64,000 nucleotides of DNA from Spirochaetia bacterium. GTDB lineage: Bacteria > Spirochaetota > Spirochaetia > SZUA-6 > Bin103. Shown piece by piece: positions 53,077 to 62,193 of the stretch. The first letter of the stretch is position 1, and every line of letters starts with the position of its first letter. The notes below the pieces were generated by a model. That model was not told where the DNA came from. It did not search any database and was given only the letters and a program-made list of their open reading frames with translations. Location: NCBI GenBank assembly GCA_965203905.1, contig CBDBDQ010000005.1:5600001-5664000 (forward strand), given 5' to 3'. The translations under genes and the position numbers were made by a program.

Positions 53077-54537
53077 ATGATCAACCCTGACCACGGGCAG
53101 GATCGGCGCAACGTCATCCTGATCATTGCCGACACATTTCGGCGCGACAACCTGCGGCCCTCGGCGCAGGGTGGCCCGCGCACCCCGCACCTGGACCGCT
53201 TCAGCACCGAGCGCGCGGCGTCGGTGGAGCGTTACTACTGCGGCAGCTTTCCGACCGGGCCCAACCGTACCGACATCGTGACCGGACGTGCCGGCTGGCC
53301 GCACTTCCCGTGGCAGCCGGTGGCGCAGTCCAGCCCCAACCACCTGGCGCGGCTGTTCGCCGGCGCCGGCTACCTGACCCAGCTCATCTGCGACTCCTCC
53401 CACCTGATCCAGCCCAACCTGGCCCTGTTCCCCGGCTTCCACGCCTGGTACTGCGAACGCGGCCAGGAGGGGGATACCCCCCTGCTGCACGCCAACGACC
53501 CGATCCCGGCGGTGGTGCCGCACGACAAGACCTTTCCGATCCCCGGCGGGCCGCGCCCTACCCTCGTGGACCGTCACCGCTGGCACAACCGCTACTTCGA
53601 GTTGGAGGAACAGACCTTCTCCTACCGCACCGCGCGCACCACGGTGCGCTGGCTGGAGGAGAACTATCGCAGCCCGCAGCCGTTCTTCCTGTGGGTGGAT
53701 TTCTTCGATCCCCACGAACCGTGGGATCCGCCGGAGTACCTGGTGCGACGCTACGACCCCGATTACGCCGGAACCCCGATGATAATGCCGAATTACGGTC
53801 TCGCCAGCCGTTACACTCCGGCCGAGCTGGCCAATCTGCGTGCCCACTACCTCGCGGAGACGGAGCTGGTGGACCGCCACGTCGGACGCATTCTGGAGAA
53901 GATCGAGGATCTGGAGATGTGGGAGGACACGGTGGTGGTGTTCGCCTCCGATCACGGCACCTCGCTGGGCGAGCACGGGCGCACCTCGAAGATCAACCGC
54001 GACCCCGACGACGGCCGCTACTGGACGCTGTCGCCGGAGCTGTCGCACATCCCGTTGCTGGTTGCGGCGCCGGGCGTCACCCCGGGCGCCCGCCACCAGG
54101 TGTTCGCCCAGCCGGTGGACCTGATGCCGACGCTGTTCGACCTGAGCGGGGTGTCGGCCGACGGCGCGGTGGCGACGCCGGAGCCGCTGCACGGCCACTC
54201 CCTGGCAGCGGCGATGCGCGGGCACAACACTGGCCGGCGCGCCGCCACGCTGTCCGGATCGTACCCCGGTGAGATCGGACCGGGCGACCGGTGGCCACGC
54301 GGAATCAACACGCCTTTCGTGATTTCCGAGGAGTACGGCTACGCTCCCATCGGCGAGGATGGCACCGCCCAGCTCTTCGATCTCGCCGCAGATCCGCTGG
54401 CCGAGCGCCCGCTCGGTGCCGCCAGCGCGGACCTGGACGAGGGCCACGCCCGGCTCAGCGCGCTGCTGCAGGAGATCGATGCACCGCAACGGCTGCTGGA
54501 GTTCTTCGGCCGCGGCGCCCGGCCTGGGAGCGGCTGA
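53077..54537 (+). CDS. Sulfatase-fold hydrolase with Thr at the nucleophile position
   Basis: NVILIIADTFRRD, TPHLD, SFP-TGPNR-TDIVTG, DPHEPWDPP, SDHG, LFDL.ADP. Confidence 0.88.
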   Translation: MINPDHGQDRRNVILIIADTFRRDNLRPSAQGGPRTPHLDRFSTERAASVERYYCGSFPTGPNRTDIVTGRAGWPHFPWQPVAQSSPNHLARLFAGAGYLTQLICDSSHLIQPNLALFPGFHAWYCERGQEGDTPLLHANDPIPAVVPHDKTFPIPGGPRPTLVDRHRWHNRYFELEEQTFSYRTARTTVRWLEENYRSPQPFFLWVDFFDPHEPWDPPEYLVRRYDPDYAGTPMIMPNYGLASRYTPAELANLRAHYLAETELVDRHVGRILEKIEDLEMWEDTVVVFASDHGTSLGEHGRTSKINRDPDDGRYWTLSPELSHIPLLVAAPGVTPGARHQVFAQPVDLMPTLFDLSGVSADGAVATPEPLHGHSLAAAMRGHNTGRRAATLSGSYPGEIGPGDRWPRGINTPFVISEEYGYAPIGEDGTAQLFDLAADPLAERPLGAASADLDEGHARLSALLQEIDAPQRLLEFFGRGARPGSG

Positions 54538-54621
54538 AGCGCCCCTCCGCGACGGCCGTGGCCGTCGTTGTCCGCCGTGCCCGGACCTGTCGGCGGCTGC
54601 GACTCGTGCTATGGTTCCCGC

Positions 54622-54960
54622 GTGGACCTGCGAACGGCCATCTCGATCTTTGCCCGTCACAGCGCCGACTTCGTCGTCGCATACGTGTTCGGTTCGGTCG
54701 CTGCCGGCAGCGCTGACGAGCACAGCGACATCGACGTGATTCTGGTGCGCCATACGGCGCTGCCGTTCTTCGATCGGGTCCGGGAGGTAATGGACCTCCG
54801 TCTCGCCCTGGGAGCTGCGGATCTTCTGATCTATACCCCGGCGGAGCTGGAGGAGATGCTCGCCGAGGAGGGCCGCTACTTCGTCAAGCAGGCGGTGCGC
54901 ACAGGACAGCGGATTGAAGGAACCCAACAGGGAAGCGGATCGCTGGCTCAGACAAGCTGA
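54622..54960 (+). CDS. Minimal nucleotidyltransferase (MNT) antitoxin
   Basis: FGSVAAGSADEHSDIDV (GS-x10-DxD), DLLIYTP.E. Confidence 0.88.
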   Translation: MDLRTAISIFARHSADFVVAYVFGSVAAGSADEHSDIDVILVRHTALPFFDRVREVMDLRLALGAADLLIYTPAELEEMLAEEGRYFVKQAVRTGQRIEGTQQGSGSLAQTS

Positions 54961-55324
54961 GGACGACCTGCGGTTCGCCCGGCTCGGGTTGCGCGAGGGA
55001 TTCTTCGCGCAGGTGTGCTTCCAGTGCCAGCAGATCTGCGAGAAGGCGATCAAGGCGCTCCGCTACGGCCGCGGCGAACGAGTGGTGTACGGTCACGCGC
55101 TGGTCGAGCTGGCCGCGCCACTGGCGGTGATGACCCGGTTCCGTGAGAGTCTGGCAATCCTGGACCAGTACTATGTTCCCACCCGGTACCCCAACGGGTT
55201 GCCAGGCGGCGTCCCGTCGGAGGTCTACTCCAGGACCCAGGCGAGTGCCGCCGTGAAGATCGCACAACAGGTCATTGCCGTGGTCCGCCGGGAGCTGCAT
55301 TCACAGCCCGACGCCGGCGCCTGA
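54914..55324 (+). CDS. HEPN-domain toxin
   Basis: WLRQAEDDL, CFQCQQICEKAIKA, GH.L, YYVPTRYPNGLPG. Confidence 0.88.
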   Translation: MKEPNREADRWLRQAEDDLRFARLGLREGFFAQVCFQCQQICEKAIKALRYGRGERVVYGHALVELAAPLAVMTRFRESLAILDQYYVPTRYPNGLPGGVPSEVYSRTQASAAVKIAQQVIAVVRRELHSQPDAGA

Positions 55325-55333
55325 TGCCAGCCG

Positions 55334-55586
55334 TCACAGCGCGGCGGCGGCCTGCGCCACGGCACGTTCCGGGGTGAGGGCCACGAACGCCCGGTTCATC
55401 GGTTCGCAGCCGATTCGGGCCGCGGTAGCCGATCGCCGCCAGCCGTTCCAGCCGGCTGTCGTCCAGGCGGCGGAGCTGGGCGCGCGAAAGGCCGAGGCCG
55501 GCAACGCCGTGGCGCCGGGCCAGCGTCACGCCGGTCTCCGCCTCCATGTCTACCCCGAGCAGGTGGGCGTTCACCGTGCCGAACAT
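55334..55586 (-). pseudogene. Internally deleted sugar-phosphate isomerase/epimerase (TIM barrel)
   Basis: N-terminal LARRHG.AG joined directly to C-terminal LAAIGY.GP..CEPMN..ERAVAQAAAAL* with a frameshift. Confidence 0.55.
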
Positions 55587-55599
55587 GCGCGTCCCGACC

Positions 55600-56610
55600 T
55601 CACCCGCGGTCGATGCGCCAGCGGGGCGCGGTAAGGTCGATCTCGCGCCCCGCCTCCGCGCTGGCGTAGGCGCCCTGCACCACGGCCACGTCGGCGGCGG
55701 ATTCCCAAGCCTCGGGGCCGCGCGCTGCCTCCCCGTCGAGGCGGCGCAGCAGGTCGCGGTACACCGGCGTGTAGGGGTTGGCGGACACCTCCAAGGGTGC
55801 CTCGTGCTCGGCGCCGGTACGCGTCACCAGGCGCCAGCGGGCGGCGTCGAAAGTCACCATCCCCTCCTCGAACAGGTAGTGCGTGGTGAGCGGCCACCAC
55901 GGCGGGCGCGCCACGTAACCCAGCTCCTCGTAGTGCATGGCCCCGCCGCCGCGGTAGCGGACCAGCGCCGAGGTGCAGGCCTCCACCGGGTGCTCGGCAA
56001 GACGGGACACGGCGGCACTCACGGCGCACGGAACCAGACCCGGCAGGCAGGCGCGGGTCTGCGCCAGCCGGTGCAGGCCGACGTTGGCGAACATGCCGCC
56101 GCCGCTGGCGGCCGGATCGAGGAACCAGCCGGGACGCCCGGCATGGAAATAGAAGCGCACGTTGTGATGCATCCCGCTGAGAAAGCGGCCCAGGGTCCCA
56201 CCGTGAAACAGCGCGCCCGTGCGCAGGGCGCCCGGATGGTAGGCGGCGGTGTCGCTCACCGCCAGGACGCGCCGGGCGCGGCGCGCCGCCTGCAGCAGGG
56301 TGCGGCACTGCTCGACCGATATCGCCAGCGGCTTCTCCACCAGCACGTGGCAGCCGGCCTCCAGTGCGGCCACGGCCACGTCGCCGTGGAGGTGGTGCGG
56401 CAATGCCACCACCACTACGTCCGGCGCCGTCTGCAGCAGTTCGCGGTAGTGGTGGAAGCCCGGTACGGAGGCTTTCGCGCTGCGCCGGGTCACGACGTCG
56501 GGATCGAGGTCGCACACCCCCGTCAGCCGCAGCCGTTGCTGATCCCTGATGGCGGACAGGTGCGCGCCGGCAATGGTGCCGAGACCGACCACTGTTGCCG
56601 TGTAGGTCAT
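55600..56610 (-). CDS. Gfo/Idh/MocA oxidoreductase
   Basis: VVGLGTIA..H, ALPHHLH, HVLVEKP, GGGMFANVGLH. Confidence 0.9.
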   Translation of the reverse strand: MTYTATVVGLGTIAGAHLSAIRDQQRLRLTGVCDLDPDVVTRRSAKASVPGFHHYRELLQTAPDVVVVALPHHLHGDVAVAALEAGCHVLVEKPLAISVEQCRTLLQAARRARRVLAVSDTAAYHPGALRTGALFHGGTLGRFLSGMHHNVRFYFHAGRPGWFLDPAASGGGMFANVGLHRLAQTRACLPGLVPCAVSAAVSRLAEHPVEACTSALVRYRGGGAMHYEELGYVARPPWWPLTTHYLFEEGMVTFDAARWRLVTRTGAEHEAPLEVSANPYTPVYRDLLRRLDGEAARGPEAWESAADVAVVQGAYASAEAGREIDLTAPRWRIDRG

Positions 56611-56687
56611 GCCCGGCGCAGTGTAGCGCGTGCCGGGTTGGCATGTTGCGCGGTAATGCTCCACCATGGCGGTAAGCGGAGGCAGCG

Positions 56688-57896
56688 ATGCAGTTTCATG
56701 CGCGGGTGGACGTGAAGCGGGTCCTGGCGCAGGACCTCGAGGCGCTGCGCGAAGGCGCCGTCGGGGACCTGGTAGCGGCGACTGACGGGCTGGTGCGCTG
56801 GGCCGACCGGGTGCGGGATCCGCAGGCTCCCTACCGGTTCCGCTGGGCGGTCGAGGCGCTGCGGGCGGCCGACGTGGCCAGCACCAGCTACATCCTCAAT
56901 CGGCTGGTCGATGCCGGGGTGATCGACCGAGTGCTCACTCCCGCGCAGCAGCGCGACGGACGGCGCTGGATCCGCTCCCTGGAGACCGCCCCCGAAAGCT
57001 ACGAGGATCCCTCCTTGCTGGCCTACAAGCCGCCACGATGGGATGACGCGGAGGAGCCCTGGCCGCCCACGGCGGCGCACAAGGAAGCGATGAACCAGTA
57101 TGCCCGTGGCTGCCTGCGCGGCTACGGCGACCTGACACTGGACGCCATCCACGGTCCGCCGCCGCCCGACTGGCCGCAGCAGCACCAGGCCGACCAGGTG
57201 CTGGCCTGGATCCAGGGCGTCGAGCCCAACTGGAGCTGGATCGGGCGCATGATCCGCCGCCTGATGGACTGGTACCTGGCGGGCACCACCGGCCTGGATC
57301 CGCTGCTGGAGTGTCTGCGCTGGGCTTACAGCCGGCAGGATCCGCGCACCGGCTTCTGGGCCGGCGGCATCCAGACCACCTTCAAGATCATCATCGCGGT
57401 GCTGGAGCCGCTGGGGCTGCCGGTGCCGCACGCCGAGCGCCTGGTGGACTCGGTGCTGCGCACCATGTACCACCGTGACTACGACGATAACCTGTTCCCC
57501 TGTGAAGAGTTCGATGCGTTCTACGACATCGCCGCCGCGTGGCAGCAGGTTCCGGAGTACCGCCGCGAGGAGGTGCTCAAGTGGGCCGCCTACCGCATCA
57601 GCTTCATCCTCAACACCCATGTGCAGGAGGACGAGGGTCTGGCCAGCTACCCCGACCACTGCATCCCGACCTGGCTGAAGTGGGACATGGCGCCGGCGCT
57701 GCCCCAGGGGGACGCCTTCGGGCTCGCCATCTTCGGCGCCGGCTTCGACATCTGCATCGACCTGCTCGGCGTCCAGCAACGGACCGGCTGGGCCGGAAAC
57801 TGGCGCTACGACGCGCGCGACGCCACCGCCTACCGTGAGTTGGGACGCGAGGTAGTGGGACAGCTCGGACTCGGCCGCCGCCAGACCGCGCCCTGA
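56688..57896 (+). CDS. Hypothetical protein, possible (alpha/alpha)6 barrel
   Basis: Strong GC3 codon bias, GGAGG RBS; RQDPRTGFW and QEDEGL motifs resemble prenyltransferase/QW-type repeats. Confidence 0.75.
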   Translation: MQFHARVDVKRVLAQDLEALREGAVGDLVAATDGLVRWADRVRDPQAPYRFRWAVEALRAADVASTSYILNRLVDAGVIDRVLTPAQQRDGRRWIRSLETAPESYEDPSLLAYKPPRWDDAEEPWPPTAAHKEAMNQYARGCLRGYGDLTLDAIHGPPPPDWPQQHQADQVLAWIQGVEPNWSWIGRMIRRLMDWYLAGTTGLDPLLECLRWAYSRQDPRTGFWAGGIQTTFKIIIAVLEPLGLPVPHAERLVDSVLRTMYHRDYDDNLFPCEEFDAFYDIAAAWQQVPEYRREEVLKWAAYRISFILNTHVQEDEGLASYPDHCIPTWLKWDMAPALPQGDAFGLAIFGAGFDICIDLLGVQQRTGWAGNWRYDARDATAYRELGREVVGQLGLGRRQTAP

Positions 57897-58000
57897 ACCG
57901 ATGCCCGACCGCCGGGTCGCAGCAGCCCGGTTCGTCCCGTGCCGGCGGCAGCGGACAGCGCCGGCAGTATCGCGATTCTCTTACGCCCTACTCGTATGCC

Positions 58001-58402
58001 CTACTGTTCAGGGCACCACAGCGCCACCGCATCGGCATCATGAGTGGGGGTCGTTACACTGCCGGTAATCGCGGAAGCCACGTACTCGCCATCGCCGGGA
58101 TCTTCCACGCGCTGCAACAGAAGGGTATTGGCGCCGAGCTTGCCGGCTTCTTCGCGCAGCCGGTCGACCATTTCCCCGCGGTCGGATCCGAACTCGGTTG
58201 CACTGGCATACATGAGCGCAACCCGTTCGCAGGTCTCGGGCACCTCGTCGGTGGCGAGTAGCACGTCCACCCCGTCGATACCTACAGGATGGGCGGAGCG
58301 ATCCAGCAAGACCGACTTGCTGACGTTCACGCATCCGACGAGGAGCACAAGGAAGGCTACGGAGGCGATCTTCGAAACACGCCAGATCATTTCCGCAAAC
58401 AT
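58001..58402 (-). CDS. Putative lipoprotein, YbjQ-like domain
   Basis: Lipobox LVGC; LREEAGKLGAN motif. Confidence 0.65.
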   Translation of the reverse strand: MFAEMIWRVSKIASVAFLVLLVGCVNVSKSVLLDRSAHPVGIDGVDVLLATDEVPETCERVALMYASATEFGSDRGEMVDRLREEAGKLGANTLLLQRVEDPGDGEYVASAITGSVTTPTHDADAVALWCPEQ

Positions 58403-58453
58403 AACGGGGGCCAGCCGCGCGGTCAACGGCGGCGGCGTAAGGCCCGGACTTCG

Positions 58454-59794
58454 TCAGCCGGTGAAGGGATGGCCGCGGGTGTGGTGGATGATGCCGGAGC
58501 GGACCCGCACGCTGCCGTCCGGGGAGCGCTCGATGATCGGGCCCTCGCGCCAGTTGTAGATGGTGTTGATGCGCATGTAGGGGTGGTCGAGCAGCAGGGA
58601 CGCCATGTACAGCGGGATCGCCAGGTTGTGCTTGCCGTGCCAGGTGCCCTCGCGGAACCAGCCGGCCGCGTCGTCCCAGTTGTCGAGGAAGGTGAGGAAC
58701 GAGGCCGCGGTGGCGGCGTCCACCTCCGCGGCGCGATGGTCGTTGCCCCGGCAGCGCAGCACGTAGAGCACCTGCATCGGGTCGAACACGCTGCACCCCT
58801 GGCCGGCGAAACCGCGCTCGCGGTCGCTGCCGCCGAGCACGAAGTCGACGATGGCGCGCTGGCGCGGGATCTTCCAGCCCAGCCGCTCGTAGGTCACGAA
58901 CAGCTTGAAGATGCCGTTGACCACGTTGTGATGCGGGGACTCGACGCCCGCGTACCAGGCCCCGGTGGTGCGGTCCTGGCGCGCCTCCAGCCACTGTTGG
59001 ACGAATTCGATCACCGCGTCCTGTCGGGGCAAGCCGGATTCGGCGGGGGTGCGGTCGCCCTCCCCGCCTTCCGCTGTCGCGGCCTGGAGGGCCAGGTGGG
59101 TCTCCACCGCCCGGGAGGTCCAGCTTCCGGCGGTCCACGGCGGATGCGCGGCCCAGGTCTGCTCCAGCCACTGCCGCGCGTCGTCGACGGTGGCGAGGTA
59201 GTCGCGGTTGGACTGGGCGCCGGCGGGCAGCCGGTAGCGGTCGGCCATGAACACCCGGTTGCGCAGCTGCCATTCGAACCCCGACGACACGTAGCGCTCG
59301 GGGGAGGCCACGGCGCCGCCGATGGTGCCGTCGCCTTGCGGGACCCGCAGCAGGTTGGTGACCGGGTCGCGGTGCTCCAGGATGGCCCCGGTCCAGGCGG
59401 CGAGCACGTCCTCGTCGGGGCCCCAGGGCGGCTGCCGCGGCGGCGTGAAGCCCATGGCGCGTAGCTCTCCGAAGGCGCCGAGCGCCATGCTGGAGATGAA
59501 CAGCAAGGGATCCGATTCGCCGGGGGCGGAGGTGAACAGCCAGGGATGACGCGTGCTGCGGGTGGCGTCGAAGAATCCGAACGCCCGCTCCAGACGCACC
59601 GCCATCTCGGCGAAGATGTCGCGCAACGGGTAGCGCGCGCATGCCGGGCAGGCCGCCGGAGCCCCGGCGCGCATGGGGTTCACCGCGATACAACCTGGGC
59701 AGTAGTAGTACACCTGCCCGCGTGGCCAGGCGCTCGCCGGGAGCAGCAGGTGACACGCCGCCGGCGCCGCCACACGGCTCACAAGGTCACTCAC
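58454..59794 (-). CDS. Hypothetical protein homologous to 56688..57896, with an N-terminal zinc ribbon
   Basis: CPGC-x13-CPAC; RQDRTTGAW..NGIFKL..LG..IP..IVDFVL..CSVFD. Confidence 0.75.
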   Translation of the reverse strand: MSDLVSRVAAPAACHLLLPASAWPRGQVYYYCPGCIAVNPMRAGAPAACPACARYPLRDIFAEMAVRLERAFGFFDATRSTRHPWLFTSAPGESDPLLFISSMALGAFGELRAMGFTPPRQPPWGPDEDVLAAWTGAILEHRDPVTNLLRVPQGDGTIGGAVASPERYVSSGFEWQLRNRVFMADRYRLPAGAQSNRDYLATVDDARQWLEQTWAAHPPWTAGSWTSRAVETHLALQAATAEGGEGDRTPAESGLPRQDAVIEFVQQWLEARQDRTTGAWYAGVESPHHNVVNGIFKLFVTYERLGWKIPRQRAIVDFVLGGSDRERGFAGQGCSVFDPMQVLYVLRCRGNDHRAAEVDAATAASFLTFLDNWDDAAGWFREGTWHGKHNLAIPLYMASLLLDHPYMRINTIYNWREGPIIERSPDGSVRVRSGIIHHTRGHPFTG

Positions 59795-59845
59795 GGCGGC
59801 CCGCCGCGTCCTGTTTCTGGGTGCGTTGCATACGAAAGGGCGTGC

Positions 59846-61281
59846 CTATTTGCCATCATCGCTACGTACTCGATTTCGCGGCGGCTGTAAGCTCCGCAAC
59901 TCCGCGACGAACCTCGGCTCATCCGGAAGCAGTTCAATCGCCCTGCGATAGGCAGCCTCGACCTCGCCAAGCGGTACTCGCAACCAGTTCAAGGTTCGCG
60001 CAAGATCGCGCCACGCCCAGGCATGTCGGGCCGGGGCAGCGTCGAGTTGGATCACGCGCTCCAGGAGCGGCCGAGCCTCCGTGAGGAATCTTCGGTTGAG
60101 GTCGCGGCGGCGCTGGCGGAAGGACTCGGTCGCCAACCAGAGTTTGGTCTGGGCGAATTCGTGCAGCGCGCGAGGGTCGGTGTAGATCACGTCTCCGGCA
60201 CGCTCGAAGTATCGATGCGCAGTGCGGGAGTCTCGCGCGCGCCGTGCCAGAATGGCGGCGTCTATGGCGTCCTGGCCCACCACTACCGGGCGGCTGCGGG
60301 TCAGCAGCCTCCGTGCGCTGCCGACTCGTCCCGCCTCTACAAATGCCTCGATCAGCCGATTCTCGACGTGTGGCACCGCCGTGCTCCGAGGTCACCCTCT
60401 GCGCCTTGATGCCTGAATTCGGGTGGACTCCCATCGCTAGGACTTCCTCGCGCAGCGCGACGGTCGAGCAGAGTCACCGAACTCGAACCGAGGGACCGGC
60501 GACATCGCCTGTGTCGGCAAGATCATCGCCTGCGGCGAGGATGCCGGAAGAGATTCGGCTCGACTCCGGGAACCGGGCCGGGACTCCCATGCGGCCCGCT
60601 ACTTGGTAGGCTCCGGCTGATCGACGTCGTAGCCGCGGTGCGCGTTTGTTTCGCGCGTGCTCTCCCACCCCGTACCTGGCTCCGGCCTTTTGCAAGTGCG
60701 CCGCGTCGCGCAGCGCCGACAGGGCACCGTATTCGGGATGTGCGGGCAGAGTGGCCTGGAAGTAGGTGCGCTGCTCGTCGAACTCGAACCGAGGGACCGG
60801 CGATGTCCTCGACCGTTGGCCGCCATCGCCTGAAATACCTTGGGCACACGCGCCCCGGAGAGCCGCCGGGCCTTCGGTCGCATGGCACAGTTTCACGCCG
60901 GGCCGTTGCTCGGCGTTCACTGTCTTCAGAAACTCGCCGATTCGCCGGAATCAGTCGATCGACCGTCTCAGGTGACAACACGGGGAAGTAAGGCGGGTCC
61001 AGGGCGCCGCACTTGCCTCGTAGCCACTTCTGTGCCGCGTCCAGATTGTCGGCGGACAATCCCGCGGGCGGCAGCTCGGCCCGTCCTTCGCGCTCTCCGA
61101 CTCCGATCACCACGTAACCGCCGTTCAGGTTGTGATAGTCGTTTGCGAATGCACAGATGGTGCGGAGTACCTGCGGGCCGGTGTTTTGCGCGTTCCATGA
61201 TTCCTTGAACTCGACCCGTTCCGACTCTACGCCGCGGCAGTAGAGCAGGTCATCGAGGTTTATCGTGAGAGTCGTGCTCAT
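59846..61281 (-). pseudogene. Disrupted AlbA_2 (Schlafen-like)/HATPase/TPR protein
   Basis: N-terminal ESERVEFK, TICAFAND..GGYVVIGV; later PKVFQAMAANG / SPVPRFEFDEQRTYF..LPAHPEY; C-terminal TPR 59846-60376; large deletion and frameshifts in between. Confidence 0.82.
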
Positions 61282-61392
61282 CGATGGGGCGTTCGGGAGT
61301 GTACTACACTCGCCGTCTGCCGCCGACCGGTTTGCAATGGCCGCACCGGCCCGCTTGCCACGTGCGCGTTATCGGCCCTACGCTCCACACTC

Positions 61393-62193
61393 ATGGCAAC
61401 CGCACAAGAAGCCGGCACCGCCGCGGCGATCGAGCTGACCGACGAGCAACTCGCCCACTACCGCAGCCATGGTTTCGTGGTGATCGAGAACCTGGTCTCG
61501 GAGGCCGAGCTGACGGCCCTGCAGGAGCGGCTGCGCGAGTACACCCACGGCGGACGTTCGCAGGAGCAACTCCGGGTGCAGATCGAGCCGCGCGTCACGC
61601 GCGGCGAGCTGAGCGTCGAGCATCCCGGCGACGGCATCCGCAAGGTCGACGGGCTGGTGGAATCGGACGACCTGTTCCAGGCGCTCGGGCGCCATCCCAA
61701 CATCGTCGGCGTCCTGACCCGCATTCTGGGGCCGGACATCAAGATGTTCCGCAACGGGGTGCTGCTCAAGCCGCCGGAGGTGGGTTCCGCCAAGGGCATG
61801 CATCAGGACTCGCCCTACTGGCCGATCCGGCCCATGGAGCTGTGCAGCTGCTGGTTCGCCATCGACGAGGCGACGGTCGAGAACGGCTGCATGGGGGTGA
61901 TCGCGGGCGCCCACCTGGACGGTGCCCTGCCCCACGTACACGTGACCGACGACTACGTGATTCCGCCCGAGCACTACGACGCGGCGGCCAAGACGCTGGC
62001 GCCGATGCCGGCCGGCGCGGGACTGTTCTTCCACTCCCTGCTGCCGCATGCCACGGAGCCGAATCTCAGCGACAAGTGGCGCCGTGCCATCGCGCTCTCC
62101 TACATGAGCGCCCGTTCCACCCACACCGATCCCGGCGGCGGTCCGGTCTATTTCCCGATCGCGGGCGCCACCTATCCCGGCTGCGTGAGGTAG
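61393..62193 (+). CDS. Phytanoyl-CoA dioxygenase (PhyH) family 2OG-Fe(II) oxygenase
   Basis: HQDSPYW, WFAIDEATVENGCM, FHSLLPH, N.S.KWRR. Confidence 0.92.
   Translation: MATAQEAGTAAAIELTDEQLAHYRSHGFVVIENLVSEAELTALQERLREYTHGGRSQEQLRVQIEPRVTRGELSVEHPGDGIRKVDGLVESDDLFQALGRHPNIVGVLTRILGPDIKMFRNGVLLKPPEVGSAKGMHQDSPYWPIRPMELCSCWFAIDEATVENGCMGVIAGAHLDGALPHVHVTDDYVIPPEHYDAAAKTLAPMPAGAGLFFHSLLPHATEPNLSDKWRRAIALSYMSARSTHTDPGGGPVYFPIAGATYPGCVR

Noticed and set aside
52231-53677. Template/variable repeat pair of a diversity-generating retroelement
   Set aside because: Differences are mostly C/G/T third-position changes, not adenine-specific, and there is no reverse transcriptase in the window.
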